From positions 11,229 to 75,228 of the forward strand of contig JAEKLQ010000032.1 of assembly GCA_019509785.1 (NCBI GenBank): a stretch of DNA of 64,000 nt, read 5' to 3'. This DNA comes from Fibrobacterota bacterium (GTDB lineage: Bacteria > Fibrobacterota > Fibrobacteria > UBA11236). The notes beneath the pieces were generated by a model. It did no database searches, had not been told where the DNA came from, and saw only the letters and a list, made by a program, of their open reading frames with translations. The position numbers were made by a program, and so were the translations under genes. Positions 28,774-38,285 of this stretch are shown here, one piece after another; the stretch's first letter is position 1, and the number at the start of each line of letters is the position of its first letter.

Positions 28774-31482
28774 TCAGGGCGTAGCGGCGGTCTGCGAGCC
28801 GGGCTGCAAGCGCAGGGTCGCCGGAACCGCAAAAGGACTCCCCGTCGCCGGATCGTTATGGTACAGATCCAACCGCCCCGCATAGGTCCCCGCCGGAAGG
28901 CCGTACGCGGCGCCGAAGCGGATCGGCACGGTGATCTCCTCGCCCGGCCCCAACGCCAGGGTCCGTTGGGCCGGCCTCATCCAGTTGTAGAATTCGGACA
29001 GGTGCCGAAGCGAGTTCCCGAGAAAGCGCACGGTTTCGGACTGGGCATGGTCCCCGTCGTGGGGGAGGATGTTGATGAAGACCACAGGTTTCCGCGGGTT
29101 ATAGGCGCCGATCAGGGCCCCAGTGGAATACCGTCCCAAGGGAATCCCCCCTCCCTGGGTCGAGGTCACATTCATCGCCCATTGGCTGAAGAGATTTACG
29201 GTGAGGCCCTCCGTTATGGGATCATCCGCGAATTCCGCCCCGAAATTCCAGACGACCGGCCCGGCCGCTGCTACTGGCGCGTAGTCCGGCGAGGTGATGC
29301 GTCCGCCCAGCGCGGAAGAATGCTGATTAAAGCCGGCCTCAGGGAAAAGCGCCGCACCCATCAGGATCACCTTGCCTCCCGCATCCACGTAGTCGGCGAG
29401 GCGGTTTCCCACGGCCTCCGAATCGGCCCATGGCCCGTCCGCCACTGCGATGACGGCGTCGAACTTCCGCATGTAGGCGAGCGAAGGCGTGCTATCGTAA
29501 CCGGAATAGCTGACGATGCTATCGACGTTGGGATCGTTCAGCAAGCCCCAGAGGAAAAAGTCGCTCTGGCTCTCGAAGGTCTGGCCCGTGGTTTGGAGAT
29601 ACAAGACATTGAGCTTTGCCGGCCCGGTGGGATGGATTCCCGCCGCGGAATCCACCACCGCCCGTAGGCTCAACTTGAGGCTGTCGCCGCCGGGATTCCG
29701 GATGCTCAAAGGTTGATAGACGCTATCGCCTTCGGCCAGGGTCACGTCGAATCCGCGCGGTGAAACGGATAGGATGGGTGGCACGATGCCCAGTCCCCGC
29801 AAGTCGATGGCCGGGGCCGAGGGATCCTCCGCATCGCTTTGGACCAGTAGCTCCGCGCTATCGGCCCCGATGTCCGTAGGCGCGAAGGACGCATTCACGA
29901 GTGCATAGGAGAAGGCGGGAATCTCCAGGGGCAAGGCCGCGGAAAGGGAAAAGGGACCGTCCGTCGTGAATCCCGTAACGTGGGTGGCGGCGCTCCCGAT
30001 GTTCACCAGTCGTACCGCCCGGTTGGCCCGGCTTCCCTGCCAGGTGGGCCCGAAGTCCACGCTCGTCGGATCCACGGCCAGCCTGCGGACTGAGGATACC
30101 GTGAGCGAGACCGGAACGTCGATCGGAACGGCGTTCGTATCGGAGGAGTTCAGCAACCGGATCGCTCCCGCGTGCGCCCCTGCGGTTAGCCGATAGGTGT
30201 TTACGGCGATCTTCAACTCCCGCGTTTCGCCATCGGGCACCACGAAAATCACGGGATCGAACGGCGGCCGCGGGGTCATCCAGGCCAGCATTCCGCCCAG
30301 ATAATCGAAGGTATTCCCGAACAGGCGGGCGATATCGCCGTAAAGCTCGTTATTCCCGACGTTGAGGAAGACCAGGGGCTTGTCCGGATGGTATGCGCCT
30401 ACCAGGGCTCCTCGGGAATAGTAACCCAAAGGGATTCCGATGCCTTGGCCGCGGGTGGTGCCGACGTCCCGGATGGCGCCGGCTGCGAACCAGCCTAGGC
30501 CTGCGGTGATGGGATGCGGGATCAGGCTGGCGCTGGTGTCCCGACGGGTGATCGTCCCCGGTCCGACCGGTTCATAATCCTGGATGCGTCCGTAAAGTGG
30601 ATGCTCGCCGTCGGTGAGGGTACTGGCCGTAAGCAGAACCTTGCCTCCCGCCTCTAGGTAGTCGGCCAACAGGTCCCCTACGGCCACCGAGTCTTTCCAT
30701 GGCCCGACGGAAGCCGCCAGCACGATGTCGTATTCCAGCATGCGGGCGAGAGAGGGCAAGGAATCGCCGCCAAACCAGGCAGCGATGGTATCCACGTTCG
30801 CCAGGGGCCTCAGTTGGGGGATCAATTGATCGTCCCAAAAGGAGGGCATGGTGGTATTGAGGTAAAGCACCCGCCATCCCCGTTCCGGTCGCGGCGTTGC
30901 GGCTCCGATGGCATCGACGAGGATTTCCGCCCGGGGCGACGTTCCATGATTGGTGATCGAAAGCCGGAAGGTATCCGTTTGCGCGGGATTGAGGGCGAGA
31001 TGGACCGAGGCGGGGGCGACGGTGACGGATGCTGTCGGGGAAGGCGGCGCCGTACCGATCCCGGTCACGGGGACGCGGATCTGGGAAAGCGGAGGCTTAG
31101 CGGAGACGGTGAAAAACGCATTCGCGGTTCCCGTATCCGAAGGGGAGAAGGAGATGGGAATCGTTCCTTTGCCCATAGGCGGCAACCGCAACGATCCCGA
31201 AAAGCCCGATGCAAAAGCCTGGGATCTGCCAGCGATCTTCCAAATGCTGATGGCATGCGCGCAGCGGTTGGCAACCCGCAAGGAGTCGGTCTTCCGGGTT
31301 CCGACCTGCACGGGCCCGAAATCGAGGGGCCCGGCCTCCAGGCAGGAGGGCGGAGGGAGGTAATGTCGATGCTCTTCCGGACGGCGGCGCTCTTGCGGAT
31401 GCGCCGAAACCAAGGTCGCGAACAAGGGAATGAGGGCGAAGGCCCGGCGCAAGCGCGCGGAAGGGCGAGGTGAGGCGAACAT
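28774..31482 (-). CDS. Secreted Ig-like domain protein with two tandem Ig + alpha/beta modules, paralog B
   Basis: Start MFASPRP with AAAGGAG RBS; signal peptide; two LDFGP/VDFGP Ig domains and two VLYLxT...LADYxxAGGKV modules. Confidence 0.78.
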   Translation of the reverse strand: MFASPRPSARLRRAFALIPLFATLVSAHPQERRRPEEHRHYLPPPSCLEAGPLDFGPVQVGTRKTDSLRVANRCAHAISIWKIAGRSQAFASGFSGSLRLPPMGKGTIPISFSPSDTGTANAFFTVSAKPPLSQIRVPVTGIGTAPPSPTASVTVAPASVHLALNPAQTDTFRLSITNHGTSPRAEILVDAIGAATPRPERGWRVLYLNTTMPSFWDDQLIPQLRPLANVDTIAAWFGGDSLPSLARMLEYDIVLAASVGPWKDSVAVGDLLADYLEAGGKVLLTASTLTDGEHPLYGRIQDYEPVGPGTITRRDTSASLIPHPITAGLGWFAAGAIRDVGTTRGQGIGIPLGYYSRGALVGAYHPDKPLVFLNVGNNELYGDIARLFGNTFDYLGGMLAWMTPRPPFDPVIFVVPDGETRELKIAVNTYRLTAGAHAGAIRLLNSSDTNAVPIDVPVSLTVSSVRRLAVDPTSVDFGPTWQGSRANRAVRLVNIGSAATHVTGFTTDGPFSLSAALPLEIPAFSYALVNASFAPTDIGADSAELLVQSDAEDPSAPAIDLRGLGIVPPILSVSPRGFDVTLAEGDSVYQPLSIRNPGGDSLKLSLRAVVDSAAGIHPTGPAKLNVLYLQTTGQTFESQSDFFLWGLLNDPNVDSIVSYSGYDSTPSLAYMRKFDAVIAVADGPWADSEAVGNRLADYVDAGGKVILMGAALFPEAGFNQHSSALGGRITSPDYAPVAAAGPVVWNFGAEFADDPITEGLTVNLFSQWAMNVTSTQGGGIPLGRYSTGALIGAYNPRKPVVFINILPHDGDHAQSETVRFLGNSLRHLSEFYNWMRPAQRTLALGPGEEITVPIRFGAAYGLPAGTYAGRLDLYHNDPATGSPFAVPATLRLQPGSQTAATP

Positions 31483-31929
31483 AGGAACTCCTTTGGTGGG
31501 CGGACGGATCTCCTGTCGGGGCTGGAACGCGAATCTCCCTTGCAGCGGGAATTTTTTTCGGTCCGGCCGCGCTAGGGGAATAAAATTTTTTATGGTCGCG
31601 CGCGCTACGGCCCGGTTTTCCCGCGCTCTTCGCCTGTCTAGAGCGGGCGCTTGCGGAATGCGACACCCCAGGCCCGCCGCGCGTCCAAGCAAGAATGGCC
31701 CCGGGGTATCTTGCGTGTTACCATGGCGGGGGAATCCCGGACTCCCCATTCGCGATCCGTTTTCCGTCCTTCCTGCGAGGACTCCGGGCCATCCGGCTTC
31801 GAATTCCGGCCTTTTAATGTGGCTTAGCTCACAGATCCGCAAGTTTGGGCCAACCAGCAATGGAATTGGTTATCGCTTCTTCGGGGAATTGGTTATCGTT
31901 TAGCCAGCGTTTCCGCAAAAGGAGGGTGT

Positions 31930-32439
31930 ATGCGCCGGAGAGGTTTCCTGGCGTTGATCCCGGCTCTCGGTTTCGGGATGGCCATGGCGGCATCCCCTGC
32001 CCATCGATCCCAGCCATCCGTTCAGACGGCTTTCGGGCCGTTCACGCTTAAGGTCGAGATCGAAGGCGTGACCCAAGGGGTATTCCAAAGCGTTGAGGGC
32101 CTTGCCTCCGAATCGGAGGTGGTTTCCGGAGAGGAATACGGGGCGCCTGCTTGGATACCCGGCCCCTCGCAAGGGTCCCGCCTTATCCTGCGCCGTCCTT
32201 ATGATCCGACCTTGAGCGGGCTATGGCGTTGGCGGCAATCGGTGATCGATGGCGACGCGCAAAAACGGGATGGCCACATATTCGTTTTCGATGCGGGCGG
32301 CAAGCTCGTTGCGCATTGGGTTTTCCGCAAAGGTTGGCCCAGCCGCTGGGAAGTGCCGAAATTGGAAGCCGGCGTACCCAATGCGGCCGAAGAGGTGGTG
32401 GAGATCGTGCACCAAGGCCTGAGCTTGGAAAGCCAGTAG
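31930..32439 (+). CDS. Phage tail-tube (T4 gp19/Afp1-like) homolog with twin-arginine signal peptide
   Basis: KVEIEG..GVFQSVEGL, PG, LRR, LWRW, RDGHI..FD, W.F.KGWPSRW and E.VEIVHQG match the tube-family pattern. N-terminus MRRRGFL plus hydrophobic helix; AAAAGGAGG RBS. Confidence 0.82.
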   Translation: MRRRGFLALIPALGFGMAMAASPAHRSQPSVQTAFGPFTLKVEIEGVTQGVFQSVEGLASESEVVSGEEYGAPAWIPGPSQGSRLILRRPYDPTLSGLWRWRQSVIDGDAQKRDGHIFVFDAGGKLVAHWVFRKGWPSRWEVPKLEAGVPNAAEEVVEIVHQGLSLESQ

Positions 32440-32516
32440 CCGCCGTCAGGCCGGTTTCGCGGCGGCTCCAGGAAGCCCGCCGCGGGATTCCGCGACGGGA
32501 CTCCCTCACATGCGGT

Positions 32517-33938
32517 CTAAGGCGAAGTCACTTGCAGCGTGGCGGGAATGTAGATCGGCGTACTGCCATCGTTGGTGAATATTTCCACCGTGCCATAGTT
32601 CTTTCCCGGCGCCAATGGGTAGGTATGCCCAACGGGCAGAATCATTCCGCGGGTCTCGCCGGGCGCCAGGGTGAGGACGAGTGAATGGTTCGAGACGGGA
32701 TTCCTGAGCCAGTTATGGGTTCCCTGCGTTTGATCGATGATGTTGAGGATCAATTGGAACAGGCCGTTGTATCCGGAAAAGTCCGGTTCGTAGGGAAACA
32801 GGTTGATATAGTACACGGGCTTAGCGCAGTTGTAGGCCGCCGCGATATTCCCGTCCTCCAGGTAACCCAAGGCTTCGCCCTTTCCCTGCACGGTTTTCAC
32901 CGCTTGGATGGAATGGCTTTCGAACCAATCCACGCTTTGGGTGAGGGGGTTATCGATGAAGTACCGGGTGGATATATCCGTGTATGGGTCGCTGGGAGAC
33001 TGGGGGACGGGCGCATAATCCGGTCCGACGATCCGGCCGCCGAGGGAAAGATGGTAGCCGGAAAGATTGTTCAAGGCCATGTGCATGAGGATGACGGGAC
33101 GGCCCCGGTCGACATAGTCGGCCAGCACGTTGCCGGCGGAATCCGGATCGGCCCAGTTGCCGCCGCTGGAGACGACCACCATATCGTAGTCGAGCAGCTC
33201 CTGCAGGGAAGGCGTCCTTTGCTCGCCCGACCGGATGGTAAGTTTGGACACCTTCGGAAGCGCTCCCAGGTAATCCGTGAAGGAGTTGGTGCCGTCATCC
33301 CCGTTCGCGGTCGTGAAGTAGTAGATGGACAGGCCTTTCGCGGCGGAATCGCCTCCGGTTCCCGGAGCTTCGACCCAAGTCGCCGCGAAAATCTCCATGG
33401 GGGACTGCCCATGATTGGTCAAGCTGACGATTCTGCCCGCCAAATGCCCTGCCGGAAGGGTTTCGTCGATGCGGGATGGGGAAACCTCCAGGTTACCCGA
33501 GCGGACCGCGGCCGCCACGCCCGTTCCCCGCAAGGCGATGCGCAAGGTGCGCGACGGGTTGGACGTGCCGACCCGTAACTCCCCCGATACCTTCGCCGTA
33601 TCCCCCGGGGCAAAGCGAACCTGCACGTTGCGGGCGCCGAGGGCGGATATCCGGAGGGACGCGGCGTCGGCGACCGAGAACGCCCGCGGCGAGGCGGCCA
33701 AATACGTTATCGTGACGGGAAACCGGCAGGTGTTGCGCAGGGAGACCGTGCGCCCGGCCGTCCCGCCGGCCGGGACAGGGCCGAAGTCGACCGCGGCGGG
33801 TGAAGCGGTCAAGCAGGCGGTCAGCGCGGATTGCGCCTGGACGGGGCGGGAGAGCGCCAGCGGCGCGGCGAGAAGGCAGAGGCCGACGCCCGCGAAGGCC
33901 CGGCGGCGTAAAGGGATGAACACCGGGGGACATTGCAT
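32517..33938 (-). CDS. Secreted Ig-like domain protein with inserted alpha/beta module, paralog C
   Basis: RRRAF-containing signal peptide; VDFGPV Ig domain; WADPDSAGNVLADYV module shared with paralogs A and B. Confidence 0.75.
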   Translation of the reverse strand: MQCPPVFIPLRRRAFAGVGLCLLAAPLALSRPVQAQSALTACLTASPAAVDFGPVPAGGTAGRTVSLRNTCRFPVTITYLAASPRAFSVADAASLRISALGARNVQVRFAPGDTAKVSGELRVGTSNPSRTLRIALRGTGVAAAVRSGNLEVSPSRIDETLPAGHLAGRIVSLTNHGQSPMEIFAATWVEAPGTGGDSAAKGLSIYYFTTANGDDGTNSFTDYLGALPKVSKLTIRSGEQRTPSLQELLDYDMVVVSSGGNWADPDSAGNVLADYVDRGRPVILMHMALNNLSGYHLSLGGRIVGPDYAPVPQSPSDPYTDISTRYFIDNPLTQSVDWFESHSIQAVKTVQGKGEALGYLEDGNIAAAYNCAKPVYYINLFPYEPDFSGYNGLFQLILNIIDQTQGTHNWLRNPVSNHSLVLTLAPGETRGMILPVGHTYPLAPGKNYGTVEIFTNDGSTPIYIPATLQVTSP

Positions 33939-33957
33939 CTAAGCCGCCATGTCCGGG

Positions 33958-33993
33958 AAAAGAAAAGCCCGCCCGGAGGAACCGGACGGGCTT
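33958..33993 (-). terminator. Rho-independent terminator of ahpC
   Basis: AAGCCCG-CCCGG...CCGG-ACGGGCTT hairpin with an A-tract to its left. Confidence 0.65.
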
Positions 33994-34029
33994 CACGAGT
34001 CGGAGGGGACGGCCGGGCGGCCTGCCCGT

Positions 34030-34620
34030 TTACTTGCCTTGGAAGTAGGCGCGGACGCCTTCGTTGCTGCCCTTCATGGCCTTCTTGCCCTTGGTCCAAC
34101 CCGCGGGGCAGACTTCGCCATGCTGTTCGTTGTACTGCACGGCGTCGACGAGGCGCAACGCCTCTTCCACCGAACGGCCGATGGGGCGATGGCTGATGTT
34201 CTGGGCCATGACCTTGCCATCCTTGTTGATGATGAAGGTTGCGCGGTAGGTGATGCCGGCCGCTTCGTCCAGCACGTCGTAATCGCGCGAGATGGACTTG
34301 GTGATGTCGGCGACTATGGGATAGGTCACGCCTTGGATGCCGCCATCGTTCTTGGGCGTGCGCAGCCAGGCCTGATGGCTGTTCACCGAATCCACGGAAA
34401 CGCCGATGACCTGGACGTTGCGGGATTCGAATTCGCCCAACGCGTCCTGGAAGGCGTGGATTTCGGTGGGGCAGACGAAGGTGAAGTCCAGGGGATAGAA
34501 GAAGAGGACCACGTACTTCTTGCCTTTGTAATCGGACAGATTGATTTCTTTGCTCTCGTTCGGCCCTACGGCGGCGGCGGCTTTGAAATCGGGGGCTTGC
34601 TTATTGACGAGGACGGCCAT
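34030..34620 (-). CDS. ahpC: 2-Cys peroxiredoxin
   Basis: FFYPLDFTFVCPTE and GEVCPAGW. Confidence 0.95.
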   Translation of the reverse strand: MAVLVNKQAPDFKAAAAVGPNESKEINLSDYKGKKYVVLFFYPLDFTFVCPTEIHAFQDALGEFESRNVQVIGVSVDSVNSHQAWLRTPKNDGGIQGVTYPIVADITKSISRDYDVLDEAAGITYRATFIINKDGKVMAQNISHRPIGRSVEEALRLVDAVQYNEQHGEVCPAGWTKGKKAMKGSNEGVRAYFQGK

Positions 34621-34722
34621 TGCGAGTCTCCTGGAAGATTGGTTTTTGAACTGGGTTAATATAAAAATCGGGCCCGGGAATGAAAGTTTCTCGCGGCCAC
34701 AGGGCTATGGGGCCCCATCGCG

Positions 34723-35508
34723 TTAGGGACCCGTTCGTATTTCCAGATGGTTACGTCCCGGTGCCCTGGACCGGACCTGGGCTTTCCATCCGGAGAGCTC
34801 GAGTTGCCGCGCGACGGCGACCAAGGCTTCGGGATAGGCGAAAGGTTCCCAAAGCAGAATGCGTCCTTCCGGCGCGAGGTAGGGCTTCCAAGCCGCCAGC
34901 TTGTAGGCGAAGCCGTATCGCTGTTCCAAAAGGCCGGGTAATTCTTCCGGCGTCGCGCCCTCCGGGCGTAAAAGCGTTCCGTCATCGTCCGAGTTGATTT
35001 CCCCCAAGCTGTCTACGCAGAGGATCACGTCGAATCGGGAGTCGGGACTTGAGGGCGGGGGATGGGGGAGGAGGGACAAACCCTGGGCGGCCAGCTCATC
35101 GCGGACGGCGGGGACGGGATCGTAAACGACATAGTTCCGGGGCGCGCGATGGCGAAGCAGGGCGGCGGCCACGAAGCCTCCGCCGGCCCCGACGTCCAAG
35201 ATGGAAGCGCCTGCGGGGATTTCCGCGAGCGCGTCCGATAACACGGCCGCTAGGCGGGCGAAACGGTAGCCGTTCACCTCGCGATACACTCCCAAGGCGA
35301 AGACGGTTCCGTAGAAACGCGTGAGGGTGGATTCGCTGCGGTAGGCGACGAAGTTCTTATGGGCGCGGGTGAATCGCTCCATGTCCGCGGGGGAAAGCTT
35401 GGCTTTGATGGCGGCCAGGGAGTCCTTCCAGGCCAAAGGCGCGAGGCCTTGCCGGAGCAGTTCCGCCCGCGCATCGAAATCATCTGGACTACCGGTATCT
35501 TCCGGCAT
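34723..35508 (-). CDS. Class I SAM-dependent methyltransferase
   Basis: ILDVGAGGG motif I, FDVILC and LAPEGRILL. Confidence 0.8.
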   Translation of the reverse strand: MPEDTGSPDDFDARAELLRQGLAPLAWKDSLAAIKAKLSPADMERFTRAHKNFVAYRSESTLTRFYGTVFALGVYREVNGYRFARLAAVLSDALAEIPAGASILDVGAGGGFVAAALLRHRAPRNYVVYDPVPAVRDELAAQGLSLLPHPPPSSPDSRFDVILCVDSLGEINSDDDGTLLRPEGATPEELPGLLEQRYGFAYKLAAWKPYLAPEGRILLWEPFAYPEALVAVARQLELSGWKAQVRSRAPGRNHLEIRTGP

Positions 35509-35703
35509 CGCCTGCTTTCCGGAACACGCTTTGCTGGTGCCCTAACCCATGACAGTTTAGTTTAAAATGGCGTCGGATTGCCGACCGGAACGGCAAGCGA
35601 ATGCCAGAGCCTGACAATTATTGCGCTGATTGCGTACGGTGCCTATGCTAAGATCCACCGGGATGCTGACAATTGTTCTAAATTTGCCAACCACGGGAAT
35701 CCC

Positions 35704-38263
35704 ATGCTGAAGACGAAAGCGAAAACCCCCGCCGAAACCAACAACGGAAAAGCCGAAGCCCCCGACGCGGATACGTTGCAGAGGGCCAAGGAAGTTTTCC
35801 AGGCGGCCTTCTTCCGCCACTTGCAACTTTCCCTCGGCAAAGACAAGTATTCGGCCACGGCCTATGATCGCTACCTGGCGGTGGCCTACGCCGTCCGCGA
35901 CAAGCTGATCGAGCGTTGGATCCAGACCCAGCATACCTACTATCGCCAGGACGTGAAGAGCATCTATTACCTGTCGATGGAATTCCTGATGGGCCGCGCC
36001 CTCGGCAACGCTATCCTCAATCTGGGCATGGAAGAGGTGGTCGAGAAGGCCATCTATGATCTCAGCTTGGACATGGAAGAGATCCGCAATATGGAATTGG
36101 AAGCGGGACTCGGGAACGGGGGCCTCGGCCGCCTGGCCGCTTGCTTCCTCGATTCCATGGCGACCTTGCAGCTTCCGGCTTACGGGTACGGCATCCGTTA
36201 CGATTACGGGATGTTCCACCAGACCATCAAGAACGGCTTCCAGCACGAGAACCCGGACAATTGGCTGCGCCTGACCAATCCCTGGGAAATCGCCCGGCCC
36301 GAATATACGGTCACCATCCAATTCAAGGGCCGCGTGGTCACGCGCAAGAATCCCCACGGCAACGTCGTCTTCGAATGGGTGGACACGGAAGACGTGTTGG
36401 CCTGCCCTTACGATACGCCCATCCCCGGCTACGGCAACAACACCGTCAACACCTTGCGGCTGTGGTCGGCGAAGTCGGCGGACGAGTTCGGCCTGCATTA
36501 CTTCAACAGCGGCGACTACCTGGAGGCCAGCAAGGATATCGCCTTGGCCGAGAGCATCTCCAAGGTGCTCTACCCCAACGACACGTCCATGAACGGGAAG
36601 GAGCTGCGCCTCAAGCAGCAGTACTTCCTCTGCGCCTCTACCCTGAGCGACATCATCCGCCGCCATAAGAAATACCATAAGGATTGCAGCCGCCTGGCCG
36701 AGAAGGTCAGCCTGCAATTGAACGATACCCATCCCACCATCGCCATCCCCGAGCTGATGCGCATCCTGGTGGACTTGGAAGGCTATTCCTGGGAACAGGC
36801 TTGGGAAACCACCACCGAGGTTTTCGCCTACACCAACCATACGCTCTTGCCCGAGGCCCTGGAGAAGTGGTCGGTCGACTTGATGGGCCGATTGCTGCCA
36901 CGCCATTTGCAGATCATCTTCGAGATCAATTACCGCTTCCTGAAGCAAGTCTCCTGGAAGTATCCCGGGGACGTGGAGCGCCTCAAGCGCATGTCCCTCA
37001 TCGAGGAGGGCGAGAACCGCTCCGTGCGCATGGCTTACCTGGCCATCGTGGGCTCGCATTCGGTGAACGGCGTGGCGCAGTTGCATACCGATCTGCTGGA
37101 ACGGCTGGTCGTGAAGGACTTCTACGATCTCTCGCCGACCAAGTTCAACAACAAGACCAACGGCATCACCCCGCGGCGTTGGCTGAAGAAGGCCAATAAG
37201 GGCCTGGCCGCGCTCATCTCCGAGGCCATCGGCGACGGTTGGGTGAAGGATTTCTCCCTGATCCGCAAACTGGAGCCTTTCGCCCAGGACGACGCCTTCG
37301 TGAAGAGATGGCAAGCGGTGAAGCTGGAGAACAAGAAGCGCCTGGCGGATCACGTGGGCAACGTCAAGGACGTCGTCATCAGCCCCGACACGCTTTTCGA
37401 CGTGCAGGTAAAGCGCATCCACGAGTACAAGCGCCAGCTGCTGATGGTGCTGCATATCATCCACTTGTACAACGAAGTCAAGGCGGGCCGGGCCCGGGAC
37501 ATGGTGCCGCGCACCTTCATCTTCGGGGGCAAGGCCGCTCCGGGCTACTTCATCGCCAAGCTCATCATCAAATTGATCAACTCCGTCGGGGACGTGGTGA
37601 ACGCGGATCCGGATACCCGCGGCCTCCTCAACGTGCTGTTCCTGGAGGACTACCGCGTCTCCTTGGCCGAGAAGATCTTCCCGGCCAGCGATCTTTCCGA
37701 GCAGATTTCCACCGCGGGCAAGGAAGCCAGCGGCACGGGCAACATGAAGTTCAGCATCAATGGCGCCCTCACCATCGGCACCTTGGACGGGGCCAATATC
37801 GAGATCCGCGAGGAAGTAGGGGCCGAGAACTTCTTCCTGTTCGGCCTCACCGCCGAGCAGGTGATGGCCCGCAAGGCGGCCGGTTACAATCCCCTCGAGT
37901 CTGATGGCCGTGATGGAACTGTTCCGCACCGGCTACTTCTGCCCGGAGGAGCCCGCCCTCTTCAATCCCCTCATCGATAACCTCATCTTCAAGGATGAGT
38001 ACATGCTGATGGCGGACTTCGGCGAGTACGTGGCTTGCCAGCAGAAGGTTTCGGAACTCTACCGCGATTACGGGAAGTGGACGCGCATGGCCATCCTGAA
38101 CGTGGCGCGGATGGGCAAGTTCTCCTCGGATCGCACCATCCTGGAATACAACCGGGATATCTGGCATGCGGCCCCGGTGCCCGTCGAGATCGGCGAGTGG
38201 CGCGCGGACGAGGTTAATGGCGGAGAAACGGCGCGCCCTGGCGCGTCCGTAAAATCGGAATGA
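35704..38263 (+). pseudogene. glgP: Glycogen/alpha-glucan phosphorylase, frameshifted at ~37900
   Basis: GLGNGGLGRLAACF, QLNDTHP, KRIHEYKRQ and KEASGTGNMKF are in frame 1. The C-terminal ARMGKFSSDRTI continues in frame 2 from 37901. Confidence 0.88.
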
Positions 38264-38285
38264 AACCGGAGGGCCTCGGGGCAGC

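Noticed and set aside
27094..33938. Prophage or complete contractile injection system
   Set aside because: Only one tube-like gene; no sheath, baseplate, spike, terminase, capsid or integrase.
35557..37929. 790-aa antisense ORF opposite glgP (and similar long shadow ORFs opposite the radical SAM, prs and AAA+ genes)
   Set aside because: Expected by-product of GC-rich codon bias; no recognisable motifs.
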